A stretch of 64,000 nucleotides of DNA from a virus. Its lineage: Duplodnaviria; Caudoviricetes. Position 1 is the stretch's first letter. Every line of letters starts with the position of its first letter. Shown here one piece after another: positions 45,175-54,295 of this stretch. The notes under the pieces were generated by a model, which was not told the origin of the DNA, made no database searches, and was given only the letters and a program-made list of their open reading frames with translations. The translations under genes and the position numbers were made by a program. The DNA lies in the IMG/VR virus record IMGVR_UViG_3300034375_009028; one strand, 5' to 3'.

Positions 45175-45187
45175 GATTGACCTTCAT

Positions 45188-45216
45188 ATTATACAGGAGA
45201 AGGTCTGTCCTGTCAA
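45188..45216 (-). promoter_or_regulatory. Sigma70-type early promoter heading the tRNA cluster
   Basis: TTGACA-17 nt-TATAAT. Confidence 0.88.
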
Positions 45217-45455
45217 ATCGTATCGATTTCTTGATCTTCTGTCCAAGAATAATCTTCAATAGCAAGATACTCCAATTTAAAGTTAGTCTCTTCAGAATCA
45301 TTTGTCAACGGTTCAATCCATTCAAAAAATTCTTCAGAGATTGCTACTGCATCAAATTGAGATTGAATGTCACCTTCTGCGAGTTGATGAACCCTATCTA
45401 TAGACCAATTAACAATGTCAACAATTAGATCTCCATCCTTAGTCTTGTTTTCCAT
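45213..45455 (-). CDS. Acidic hypothetical protein, 80 aa; start revised to MENKTKD
   Basis: The revised start overlaps the end of the upstream nuclease gene. Confidence 0.6.
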   Translation of the reverse strand: MENKTKDGDLIVDIVNWSIDRVHQLAEGDIQSQFDAVAISEEFFEWIEPLTNDSEETNFKLEYLAIEDYSWTEDQEIDTI

Positions 45456-45876
45456 AGTAGTCTTTTCGGAAGTATCTGCTGAGGATGTTGCTATTGTAGT
45501 ATGCTGGTTCTCCGTTGTCAAGAGATTCTGTGAGGACATTGTTGACAAAGAGTTGTCTGGTTTCTTCGAAATTTGTTTTGCCCTTTGTTTTATGTAATGA
45601 GATAATAGTACGACTAAAATTTGATTTACCAAATTTGAGAACGTCTTCTTTAAGTTCTGGACAAGACCCATAATAGTTCTTCCAATCTGATTCCTGTTTT
45701 ACTTTTCTTTTTTTGCCCTTTGGTGTTCTAAACGACCAAAAATACTTTCTCCCAATGTACGATCGTCCGTTGGACTTATTGGCAATGTGATACACAAAAC
45801 CATAAAAGTCCAAAATATCATCAGAAGTAAAAGGTCTCTCCAAATAGGTCCATGGGTTTTCATAATCTATACTCAT
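45439..45876 (-). CDS. GIY-YIG nuclease, T4 endonuclease II-like
   Basis: GFVY.I.N..NGRSYIGRK.FW...ESDWKNYYGS...E.....NVL......YNSNI. Confidence 0.8.
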   Translation of the reverse strand: MSIDYENPWTYLERPFTSDDILDFYGFVYHIANKSNGRSYIGRKYFWSFRTPKGKKRKVKQESDWKNYYGSCPELKEDVLKFGKSNFSRTIISLHKTKGKTNFEETRQLFVNNVLTESLDNGEPAYYNSNILSRYFRKDYYGKQD

Positions 45877-46021
45877 CTAGAGCGTCCAATACCTTATTGA
45901 GGTATTTATGCGCCAAATCCTTTTCCCCCTGCCAAACAGTTTTTGGTTCCTGATCGACTTGGTGCTTCAATTTTAGCACACGCACTTTAAATTCTTCTCT
46001 AGTAAGTTGATTTTTTGGCAT
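45860..46021 (-). CDS. Small conserved cyanophage protein, 53 aa (MPKNQLTREEFKVRVLKLK...LAHKYLNKVLD)
   Basis: Hand-translated; missing from the ORF track. Confidence 0.7.
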   Translation of the reverse strand: MPKNQLTREEFKVRVLKLKHQVDQEPKTVWQGEKDLAHKYLNKVLDALDEYRL

Positions 46022-46052
46022 AAAACTTAATACATCTAATCTAATTATACAT

Positions 46053-46077
46053 AAAAAAATCCCCCTTTGCAGGGGGA
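46053..46077 (-). terminator. Rho-independent terminator
   Basis: TCCCCCT-GCAA-AGGGGGA followed by T7 after the 405-aa gene. Confidence 0.85.
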
Positions 46078-46084
46078 GGATTGA

Positions 46085-47302
46085 TCAACCGTTATTTCTT
46101 CTTCTCTCTCTTGCAGCGTCTCTTTCCTTCTTCGCTCTTTCAATTGCATCCTTCTTGCCACCTTCACCGTAGTAATTATAAAGAGTTCTTCTATCAGATC
46201 TTCTTTCTGCAGGTGTTCTCTCTGGTGATTTTTTAGCAGCAGAATTTCTTGCAACCGACGAACTTCTGCTCATACGTACATCTGGATCTGCAGAGGTTCC
46301 AATCTTTTCTGGATTACGACGATGCCAACCAGATTCTGCAATTGCTTCAACTGCTTCTGGTTCCAGATATACCATGATTGATTCTGCATCCTGAAGATCT
46401 TCTGCATATCCTTCTACACAGAGATACTCAAGAACCAGATCATAGGTATCAAACTCTTCACCAAGTCTAGAAGCAACTCTACCTGCTTTATCAGAAACTT
46501 TACGTGCAAGTCTACCTACTGCACCTTTTGCTTTTGACTTAGCAGAATCTGCTGCATCGCCAGCAGAACGCTTCGCTCTTGCATATCTATTCTTCAAACT
46601 TTGCTTTGCTCTTCCAGCAGCATCACCTGCTGCCTGAGCAGCAGATCTACCTGCGCTGTATGCCTTTACAGCACCTCTTGATGCCTTAGCAACTGCACGA
46701 CCTTTGATGTCCTTCGCAACTGCCTTACGGAGCTCTCCTCTACCCTTAGAGGATTGGGTCTTAAGACCAGCACCCTTCATAAGGTTACGCTTAGAAGCAT
46801 ACTTAGCAAGTCCTACATGGGACTGTTGCTTAGTATCCTTTACCTTTGCCTTTACTGCAGATTTAGCATCACTAGATGCTTTCTGTGCTTTACCAATAGC
46901 ACTCTTAACTTTACCCTTTACTGCAGCAACTTGTGCTGCTCTCTTATCAGATCTCTCTTTTGCTGCTGCTCTGCCTCTTGCCTCTCTAGCAGACTTCTCA
47001 GAAGAAGCCATATATTGCTTTCTTGCAGCAGCACGAGCTGCCATATCTACTCTTGCTTCATCAAGAATTTCTTCAAAAATTTCTTCAATCTCTTCTGGTT
47101 CAAAACCTTCATCTAACATATCATAAACCAAGTCTTCGATAACATCTTCTTCTGAGATGATATCTTCAATGATCATTTCATACTCTTCATCTAGAGTATC
47201 ACTATTCTGAGTATTGTAAGTATAGTCTTCTGTTAAGGATTCTGTCGAAGTATTTTTACTGTAAATACTTAGATATTCATTGTTTAGTGCTCTAAAATCC
47301 AT
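46085..47302 (-). CDS. Late, probably head-internal protein with acidic and Lys/Arg/Ala-rich blocks, 405 aa
   Basis: AATAAATA at 47328-47335; L/I-x-E motifs separate the basic blocks. Confidence 0.6.
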   Translation of the reverse strand: MDFRALNNEYLSIYSKNTSTESLTEDYTYNTQNSDTLDEEYEMIIEDIISEEDVIEDLVYDMLDEGFEPEEIEEIFEEILDEARVDMAARAAARKQYMASSEKSAREARGRAAAKERSDKRAAQVAAVKGKVKSAIGKAQKASSDAKSAVKAKVKDTKQQSHVGLAKYASKRNLMKGAGLKTQSSKGRGELRKAVAKDIKGRAVAKASRGAVKAYSAGRSAAQAAGDAAGRAKQSLKNRYARAKRSAGDAADSAKSKAKGAVGRLARKVSDKAGRVASRLGEEFDTYDLVLEYLCVEGYAEDLQDAESIMVYLEPEAVEAIAESGWHRRNPEKIGTSADPDVRMSRSSSVARNSAAKKSPERTPAERRSDRRTLYNYYGEGGKKDAIERAKKERDAARERRRNNG

Positions 47303-47345
47303 GACCTGTCGATTCTAAATACGGATATATTTATTTATCAAAAAG

Positions 47346-47498
47346 TCAATTTTTAATCCCACGGATCTGGTATTTTAATTTTAGTGCTTGAAGCATCCAA
47401 GCGTCCGTCAGTTGTTTTGGTCCGTGAATAAGAACCTCCACCGCTTTTGGATGGAGGTTCGGATCTGATAGTGCTCTTTTCTTCCAGTCTTCTGTCAC
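47346..47498 (-). CDS. Small conserved protein, 50 aa (MTEDWKKRALSDPNL...GPKQLTDAWMLQALKLKY)
   Basis: Hand-translated; GTGA overlap with the nrdB stop. Confidence 0.65.
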   Translation of the reverse strand: MTEDWKKRALSDPNLHPKAVEVLIHGPKQLTDAWMLQALKLKYQIRGIKN

Positions 47499-48676
47499 AA
47501 TTGAAAACCAGCGAAAGTATCTTTCTTAACATCTTGTTTAATTCCACCAACAATATAAGATTCAACTTCAGTCTCTTGAGGTGCAACCTGAAGACCCTTA
47601 GATGAGATCCAATGTTCAGTCCAGGGAAGAGGATTATTCTTTGCTGGAACATCATAAACAGGTTTCAATCCAATAGACTTAAGACGGCGATTTGCAATCC
47701 ACTCAACATATTGATAAAGAAGTTTATCATTGAGTCCAATCATACTTCCATCTTTGAATAGATATTCTGCCCAACGCTTTTCTTCATTTACACATTGATC
47801 AAACATACTGTAAACCCATCTCTCTTCTTCTTTAGCAATTTTTGCCATATCGGGATCATCACCATCCCGCCACTTGTTCATAATGTTTTGAGTGATTGCG
47901 AGATGTTGGTTTTCATCTCTTGCAATAAGGGAGATGATCTTAGCACTTCCCTCCATAAGTTTAAGCTCACCGAAAGCAAAAGAACATGCAAAACTAACAT
48001 AGAAACGAATACCCTCAAGAATGTTGACATTTGCAACTGCCCTGTAAAGTTTACGCTTTAGTTCATAACGATTTTCTTTAAAGTATCCAGCACCCTCTTG
48101 TGCATGTACCCATTCATCTGTATTACCATACTGCTGTGCGGCACGGATAAAATCATCATATGATTGAGTTACACTAGAAGCACGTTCAAGAATACGATCA
48201 TTTTTAATGATCGTATCAAATACTTCTGAAGGATCTGGATAGATATTTTTAATGATATATGTATATGAACGACTATGGATCATTTCCATAAATCCCCATA
48301 CTTCCATACATGCTTCTAATTCAGGTAAGCTACAGTAAGGAATAAAAGCCATCCCAGGACCACGCCCTTGTACGGAGTCAAGCATAATCTGGTATTTGAG
48401 GTTAGAGGTATAGATATGCTTTTGTTCTGGACGAAGTGTTTGATAATCTCCACGATCTTTCTGCAATGAAACTTCTTCTGGTCTCCAAAAATATCCAAGT
48501 TGTTGAGTTGTAAGTTTATCAAAAATTGGATATTTGTAGGAATCATACCTTTGGATTCCCAAAGGTTGTCCAAAAAACATTGGTTGTTTTTTAGTATTTA
48601 CTTCTGCAGTATTAAATACTGTCATTCCAGTAACTTTGGAAGAATTTTTACTTGTGTCTACGAAATTAAATTCCAT
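47495..48676 (-). CDS. nrdB: Ribonucleotide reductase class Ia beta subunit
   Basis: FWRPEEVSL, LDSVQGR, EMIHSRSY, EGIRFY..FA, RDENQH, VAPQETE. Confidence 0.97.
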   Translation of the reverse strand: MEFNFVDTSKNSSKVTGMTVFNTAEVNTKKQPMFFGQPLGIQRYDSYKYPIFDKLTTQQLGYFWRPEEVSLQKDRGDYQTLRPEQKHIYTSNLKYQIMLDSVQGRGPGMAFIPYCSLPELEACMEVWGFMEMIHSRSYTYIIKNIYPDPSEVFDTIIKNDRILERASSVTQSYDDFIRAAQQYGNTDEWVHAQEGAGYFKENRYELKRKLYRAVANVNILEGIRFYVSFACSFAFGELKLMEGSAKIISLIARDENQHLAITQNIMNKWRDGDDPDMAKIAKEEERWVYSMFDQCVNEEKRWAEYLFKDGSMIGLNDKLLYQYVEWIANRRLKSIGLKPVYDVPAKNNPLPWTEHWISSKGLQVAPQETEVESYIVGGIKQDVKKDTFAGFQL

Positions 48677-48708
48677 ACTTGCAATTACCCTTAGATTATT
48701 TAAAAAAT

Positions 48709-51006
48709 TTAAATTTTACAACTTTCACAATCTTCTTGAGAAGAATTGGTAAGATCATCTAAAATATTACTTAAAGACAAATTATTTTCTTCTACCAATT
48801 CATCATCTTTCATATCATAAGTTTGATGGTAGTAAGAAGTCTTCCATCCATACTTATATGTTGATAGGAAGTCGTTAGCAATAACTGTAGTTGGTACTTC
48901 TTTATCTGGATAATTTTCTGGATTGTAACTCCAGTTTCCACTGATGGCTTGATCGAAGAACTTCTGCATTACAGCAACAATATTAATATAACCACGATTA
49001 GACTCCATATCCCACAACAAAGTATAATTATTCTTCAATGTAGAATACGATGGAACAATCTGCTTAAGAGGTCCTTTCTTTGATTTCTTAATGGACAAAT
49101 ATCCGCGAGGTGGTTCAATTCCGTTTGTTGCATTTGACACAACGGAACTGCTCTCTGATGGCATTTGTGCAGACAATGTTGAGTGCCTGAGACCATAGGT
49201 GGAGATAGATGCCCTAAGAGATTCCCAATCATGCGTCAACTCCTGAGAAGAGATCTCGTCAACATCCTTCTTGTATGTATCAATTGGCAGAATTCCATCA
49301 GAATATTTTGTACGATGGAAGTACTCACATGCACCCTTTTCTTTTGCAATTTCGTTCGATGCTTTGAGAAGATAATACTGGAAAGATTCAGACAATCCAT
49401 GCACTGCATCCCATGCTTCTTGAGAGTCGTATTTGAACCCAAGTTTCGCCAAATAGTGCGCTAACCCAATAAACCCTATACCAAGCGATCTACGTGCCTT
49501 AGTGGCGATCTCAGCGGCAATTACAGGGTATTTTTGATAGTCTATCAACTCTTCCAATCCACGAACAGATAATTCACAAAGATCCTCAAGTTCAGAGTCT
49601 GATTTTACCTTACCAACATTAATAGCAGAAAGAATACAAAGTGCAATCTCACCTTCCCCATCAATATGCTGAAGAGGATCTGTGGGGAGAGTGATCTCCT
49701 GACACAGATTAGACATGTTCACTTTATCCTTGAAGGATGAATGAGTATTGCAGTGGTCGATATTCATGATGTAAACACGACCAGTCTCTGCGCGTTCCTT
49801 GAGAAGATCTAGAATAAGTTCTTGAGCCCCGACAGTTTTTCTTGGAAGAGACTGATCTCGTTCATAAGATTCATATAGACTGTCAAATCGATCAGTGCCA
49901 AAAGCATCATACAAACCAGGAACGTCGTGTGGAGAGAAGAGTGAGATTTCTCGGTTTTGGATGAAACGTTCATAGAAAAGTTTACTGATTTGAATGCTAT
50001 AGTCTAATCCCCTAACACGGTTGTCTGGGGTTCCCTTATTATTTTTTAAGACAATGATGTCTTCGATTTCTTGGTGCCAGATTGGGAAGTGTACTGTCGC
50101 TGATCCACCTCGGATGCCATTCTGTGTACAGCATCGGACAGTTGACTCAAACTTTTTGAGGAACGGTACAACGCCTGTGTGCTGAACTTCTCCACCTCGG
50201 ATCTTACTGTTGATGCCACGGATTCGACCTGCGTTGATACCGATTCCCGCCCTTTGTGCAACGTAGCGGCCAATTGCCATATCAGAGCTAAAGATAGAAT
50301 CGAGGGTGTCATCAACATCAACAAGAACACAGCTAGCAAATTGTCGAAGTGGAGTTCGCACTCCCGCCATGATAGGTGTGGGAATGTTGATTTTGTGCTT
50401 GCTGATTGCGTCGTAGTATCGTTTTGCATAATAGAGTCTTGTGTGTTTTGGATACTCTGCAAAGATAGTTAAAGCAATCATGATATACATGAATTGTGGA
50501 GTTTCATAAATCTTTCCACTGCTTCTATCTTGCACGAGGTACTTATCAACGACCTGACGTAGACCTGCATAAGTGAATAACATGTCACGATCATGATCAA
50601 TCCAATGATCAGCTTTTGCCAGTTCCTCTTCAGTATAAGAAGTAAGAATCTGTTGGTCATATACGCCTAGATCTACATTCTTTCTAATATGATTTATCAA
50701 ATTAGGAATTTCATGGATTCTTCCATGGATACTTTTCCTAATAGAAAACAAAAGCAACCTTGCAGCAACATATTGATAGTTTGGGTGTTCAATATCAATC
50801 AAATCAGAAGCAGAGCGAATCAGAATCTCTTGAATTTCTGCTGTAGTAATACCATCGTAAAATTGAATACCAGATTGGATCTCAACTTGACTTGCAGATA
50901 CTCCAGACAAATCTCTACATGCTTGCTCCACCATTACATGCATTTTATCAAGATTGATAGCCTCAACCTTTCCATTCCTTTTAATAACCTTAATTCCGTT
51001 GCTCAT
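48709..51006 (-). CDS. nrdA: Ribonucleotide reductase class Ia alpha subunit with ATP cone; start revised to MSNGIKV
   Basis: KRNG ATP cone, PTPIMAG, SCVL, SNLCQEI, ALCILS, AQMPSESSS..SN.TNGIEP, C-terminal CESCKI. Confidence 0.97.
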   Translation of the reverse strand: MSNGIKVIKRNGKVEAINLDKMHVMVEQACRDLSGVSASQVEIQSGIQFYDGITTAEIQEILIRSASDLIDIEHPNYQYVAARLLLFSIRKSIHGRIHEIPNLINHIRKNVDLGVYDQQILTSYTEEELAKADHWIDHDRDMLFTYAGLRQVVDKYLVQDRSSGKIYETPQFMYIMIALTIFAEYPKHTRLYYAKRYYDAISKHKINIPTPIMAGVRTPLRQFASCVLVDVDDTLDSIFSSDMAIGRYVAQRAGIGINAGRIRGINSKIRGGEVQHTGVVPFLKKFESTVRCCTQNGIRGGSATVHFPIWHQEIEDIIVLKNNKGTPDNRVRGLDYSIQISKLFYERFIQNREISLFSPHDVPGLYDAFGTDRFDSLYESYERDQSLPRKTVGAQELILDLLKERAETGRVYIMNIDHCNTHSSFKDKVNMSNLCQEITLPTDPLQHIDGEGEIALCILSAINVGKVKSDSELEDLCELSVRGLEELIDYQKYPVIAAEIATKARRSLGIGFIGLAHYLAKLGFKYDSQEAWDAVHGLSESFQYYLLKASNEIAKEKGACEYFHRTKYSDGILPIDTYKKDVDEISSQELTHDWESLRASISTYGLRHSTLSAQMPSESSSVVSNATNGIEPPRGYLSIKKSKKGPLKQIVPSYSTLKNNYTLLWDMESNRGYINIVAVMQKFFDQAISGNWSYNPENYPDKEVPTTVIANDFLSTYKYGWKTSYYHQTYDMKDDELVEENNLSLSNILDDLTNSSQEDCESCKI

Positions 51007-51977
51007 ACTTTTTTCCAAACAGTAAACTTCAGTTTTGCTTCTAGACCAGAATATGTATTTAATTTTATCAGCTTATTAACGTCATGTCCAGCATTAACCA
51101 TATCATTAATATCCTTTTCATTTATTGAAGAAGGCCAGATGACAACTTTTTGTCCAGTTTCGATAACACGGGAAATTCTTGATAGGATTTCTCTATTGCG
51201 CGGTTCGTTATCATATACCCAAACAGCATCGCTAATCCCCCAGTTGTCAATATTAGCGTCAGCTCCACACATAGCAATCGAATTGCAAAGGAATGTGCTG
51301 TCGAATGGTCCTTCTGTAACGTAGACAGTAGAGTCTTTCTGAATTTTGTCGAGTCCATAAATCTTTGGTGCTTCCTCATCTAGCATTATAGTAATATACT
51401 TAACCTTGCTAGGTCCGATAGACCTTCCTTGTATACCCACTAATTTATTATCATAAACAATAGGTATAATTATTCTAGGTTCATCATATGTAGTATCAAC
51501 AAAAGTTTTCTTCAAACTATTAACCCAAGTTTTAAATTTGGATGTGTAATAAAATTTATCTGGATCTATATTTCTACTTTCCAAATATGTTTTAGATTCC
51601 TCATTTTCTGATGCTTTGGGTAGATCTAATTTAAAAGTTTTTTTAAAAACTGGTTCTTTGAATTCAAATTTTGGTTCACTAGAAACAAAATTCTTACCTG
51701 TTTTATTCTCTTTGAATTTTTCCATAGAATAACTCTTATGAAGCGGAGCATCAAACTGCTTCAAAAAATTATTAAATGAAATACTTATACCACAATTATG
51801 GCATTTATAATTTAAATTATTCTTGACTGAGTACAAGTATCCTCGGGTCTTATTCTTATTTTTCTGAGAGTCTCCACAAATAGGACACCTAAAATTGTAT
51901 AGACCAATCTTTACTTTCTTAAATTTCTGAAGTCTTCCAGAGATTAAGTTGACGTATTTACTGTCGATAAGATCCAT
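51003..51977 (-). CDS. DNA primase (T4 gp61-like)
   Basis: CPICGDS..CHNCG zinc finger, RIIIP, YVTEGPFDS, YDNEPRN, KDINDM. Confidence 0.95.
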   Translation of the reverse strand: MDLIDSKYVNLISGRLQKFKKVKIGLYNFRCPICGDSQKNKNKTRGYLYSVKNNLNYKCHNCGISISFNNFLKQFDAPLHKSYSMEKFKENKTGKNFVSSEPKFEFKEPVFKKTFKLDLPKASENEESKTYLESRNIDPDKFYYTSKFKTWVNSLKKTFVDTTYDEPRIIIPIVYDNKLVGIQGRSIGPSKVKYITIMLDEEAPKIYGLDKIQKDSTVYVTEGPFDSTFLCNSIAMCGADANIDNWGISDAVWVYDNEPRNREILSRISRVIETGQKVVIWPSSINEKDINDMVNAGHDVNKLIKLNTYSGLEAKLKFTVWKKV

Positions 51978-51999
51978 ACTAAGTCAGTGGAATCAACCT

Positions 52000-52028
52000 A
52001 TGATAACACTACCAAATTCTTCTGTCAA
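52000..52028 (-). promoter_or_regulatory. Sigma70-type promoter for primase-nrdAB
   Basis: TTGACA-17 nt-TATCAT. Confidence 0.75.
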
Positions 52029-52128
52029 CATCAAAACTTAAAAGACAAACACTGAGTATACTTGTCCATTTTACTACAGTGTTTGATACTTTTTGTAAAT
52101 CGTAGATAGACTTTGATCTTGTCGTCAT
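52009..52128 (-). CDS. Possible small protein, 39 aa (MTTRSKSIYDLQKVSNTVVKWTSILSVCLL)
   Basis: Hand-translated; AATAAATA just upstream. Confidence 0.4.
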   Translation of the reverse strand: MTTRSKSIYDLQKVSNTVVKWTSILSVCLLSFDVDRRIW

Positions 52129-52147
52129 GGTTTTTTAGCAACCACAA

Positions 52148-52585
52148 CTATTTATTTTTTATTACTTCAGTATTAGCACCTTTATTGTTTTTATTCACCA
52201 CCTTATCAGAGTTGATCAATGGTTGTAAGATTCCTGCTACACCTACTATAAAAGTAAGGAGGGTTGCCATTCCTACAATAGTCCATTTTGTTTTCGAAAC
52301 ATCTTCTAATTTCGCCTCTATAGAAGATATTTTATCATCAAACTTATTTTCTAACTCAGTTATCTCCAGTTTAATTCCATCAAACATTTTTAAAATTAAC
52401 TCATCATTCCTAGCACTTTGATCTATCCTTTCTTCATGCTTTGTAAGAATCTGAGCAATTCTATTATTTCCTTCAGAGATTTTATCGACTGCTGTCTCTA
52501 ACTTAGTCAGCATTTCTCGGGAGAGATCCTCGTAAATATTAAGTTTGGATTCTAAAACTGCTAACTTGGAATCTCCCCTAAACAT
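52148..52585 (-). CDS. Coiled-coil protein with a C-terminal transmembrane helix
   Basis: Heptad region followed by WTIVGMATLLTFIVGVAGIL. Confidence 0.7.
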   Translation of the reverse strand: MFRGDSKLAVLESKLNIYEDLSREMLTKLETAVDKISEGNNRIAQILTKHEERIDQSARNDELILKMFDGIKLEITELENKFDDKISSIEAKLEDVSKTKWTIVGMATLLTFIVGVAGILQPLINSDKVVNKNNKGANTEVIKNK

Positions 52586-52586
52586 T

Positions 52587-52805
52587 TTACTTACCTTTAG
52601 AGTTTTTACTTCTTAAAAATTTACTATACTCTTTAGGTAATTTACGCATAACTTTAGATCTACCATCCAACTTACCTAACGCAGGATCATATCCTGCTAC
52701 TGGTCCAGATTTATCAGCGGAACCACTAAACCCACCACCAGTACCTGGAGCGTTAGCAACCATATTCTCTCGAATTATCTGGATTACTTTATCGATTGAG
52801 TTCAT
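52587..52805 (-). CDS. Small conserved hypothetical protein; start revised to MNSIDKV
   Basis: ANAPGTGGGFSGSA...GPVAGYDP; ATGA overlap. Confidence 0.65.
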   Translation of the reverse strand: MNSIDKVIQIIRENMVANAPGTGGGFSGSADKSGPVAGYDPALGKLDGRSKVMRKLPKEYSKFLRSKNSKGK

Positions 52806-53182
52806 TTGGTTCCTATATTTTTTAATTCTTCTAAACAATATTCATCTATTTGAATGTCGTGAATGTATGTTCTTGGATACTCTGGGATTCTATCCAAGAA
52901 CATTACAAACGTTTTCATAGTGCTCCAGAGTTCACGTTCTATTTTATAGAATAACATTGGAGTTGTTGCATCTCCAAAAATATTATACAAAATAATAAAA
53001 TGATTTATTAACAAATGAGACTTTAATTGCCCAGTATTTTTATATCTTTTAAGTAATCTTTTTATATACTTAAAATGATTCAAATCGCGATTAAAGTCTT
53101 CTTTTGTTACTGACTGTGGATTCTCATAATTCTTTATAGCGAATAATAAAAAATTATCTTCATTCAACTCCGTAAAATTCAT
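52802..53182 (-). CDS. Conserved T4-like hypothetical protein
   Basis: LNEDNFLLFAIKNY.NP...EDF..DL..FKYIKRLL......LLINH.IILYN.FG. Confidence 0.75.
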   Translation of the reverse strand: MNFTELNEDNFLLFAIKNYENPQSVTKEDFNRDLNHFKYIKRLLKRYKNTGQLKSHLLINHFIILYNIFGDATTPMLFYKIERELWSTMKTFVMFLDRIPEYPRTYIHDIQIDEYCLEELKNIGTK

Positions 53183-53195
53183 TCTTCACCGTTTA

Positions 53196-54026
53196 TCAGC
53201 TAATTGACAATCCTGCAGCATCGGAAGTCTCAGAAGCTCCACCAGCAGTTGTAATAACAACTCTATACTGATATCCATCGAGTGAAGAATCAGTTAGAGT
53301 TACACCAAGACCAGCGGTTGCAGATCCAATAACGGTTGCACCATCAGAGAGGTTGGTGTATGCAGCACCAACGCTAGATGCGTACTGCCACTGATAGGAT
53401 AGTGATGCTCCAGGTGTTGCAACTGCAAGTACATTAAAGAGTGCATCATAAGGAAGATCACCTGTTGTGATTGCAATACCTGCAGGTTGAGTATTAATAG
53501 TAATGAACTCGTCTGGAATAGTTGCATCGTCATCTGCATCACCAAATGCCGAATATCCAACAGCACCTGTAGAGATTCCAGAGAATGCAACTAAAGTCTC
53601 AGACTTAACTCTCAATTCTCCATGTTGATCAACGTAGGTGTGAACACCAACCCAACCACCATGTGCTACTTCATACTTAGTTCCTCTAACTGCACCAGTC
53701 TCAAATTGATCAACACCGCGAATTGCTGAATCTTGAGTATCAGCGTCTGCAAGTGTATATACAGGTTTTTGAGAGATTGTATACTCAACTGCTGTTGGAG
53801 TTGCTGCACCGCTCAAATAGCGGATAGTAGCAATACCAAGGGTAGTCTCATCAGTAATTGAAGCAATAACTGCCTCTCCAAAAGTTGCCCCTACACCAAT
53901 GGTAATAACGCTACCTACAGTAGCTGCTCTAAATGATGTTCCAGTTCCAGTAATAGTATTGTTAGCATAATCAATAGTTACTGTACCAGGAGAATAAATA
54001 CTGTCCGCTGTTCCCCAGAGTGCCAT
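53196..54026 (-). CDS. Virion structural protein with a C-terminal Ig-like domain
   Basis: MALWG start, AHGGWVG, SYQWQ...GYQYRVVI; TATAAATA at 54059-54066. Confidence 0.7.
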   Translation of the reverse strand: MALWGTADSIYSPGTVTIDYANNTITGTGTSFRAATVGSVITIGVGATFGEAVIASITDETTLGIATIRYLSGAATPTAVEYTISQKPVYTLADADTQDSAIRGVDQFETGAVRGTKYEVAHGGWVGVHTYVDQHGELRVKSETLVAFSGISTGAVGYSAFGDADDDATIPDEFITINTQPAGIAITTGDLPYDALFNVLAVATPGASLSYQWQYASSVGAAYTNLSDGATVIGSATAGLGVTLTDSSLDGYQYRVVITTAGGASETSDAAGLSIS

Positions 54027-54074
54027 GTTACTTCCTTAAATTAAATCTAGTATGTTTTTATTTATAAATTTCGG

Positions 54075-54266
54075 TCAGGCAGTCTCTTCTGTTTTGAATA
54101 AAAGTGCCTCAACTACGTCAACTGCTCCGTCATCCAACTTGTTGTCAGTGGACTCTGCTAGAGAGCGAAGAATCGAAATCAAATAACGACGAACTTCCTC
54201 TCTCTCAAGGAGATTGCTTAATGTTCTTTTTGCCAGTGGTAGTAATAATGCCCACATAATTTTCAC
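54075..54266 (-). CDS. Small hypothetical protein
   Basis: LAESTDNKLDD.AVDVV motif. Confidence 0.65.
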   Translation of the reverse strand: MKIMWALLLPLAKRTLSNLLEREEVRRYLISILRSLAESTDNKLDDGAVDVVEALLFKTEETA

Positions 54267-54295
54267 CTTATAGAATATAATATATATACAAAAAC

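Noticed and set aside
47353-47655. 100-aa track ORF overlapping nrdB
   Set aside because: It is an off-frame shadow; the plausible gene is the GTG-start 50-aa ORF at 47346-47498.
47495-51006. Introns or inteins in nrdA/nrdB
   Set aside because: Both ORFs are continuous, of normal length and have their motifs in order.
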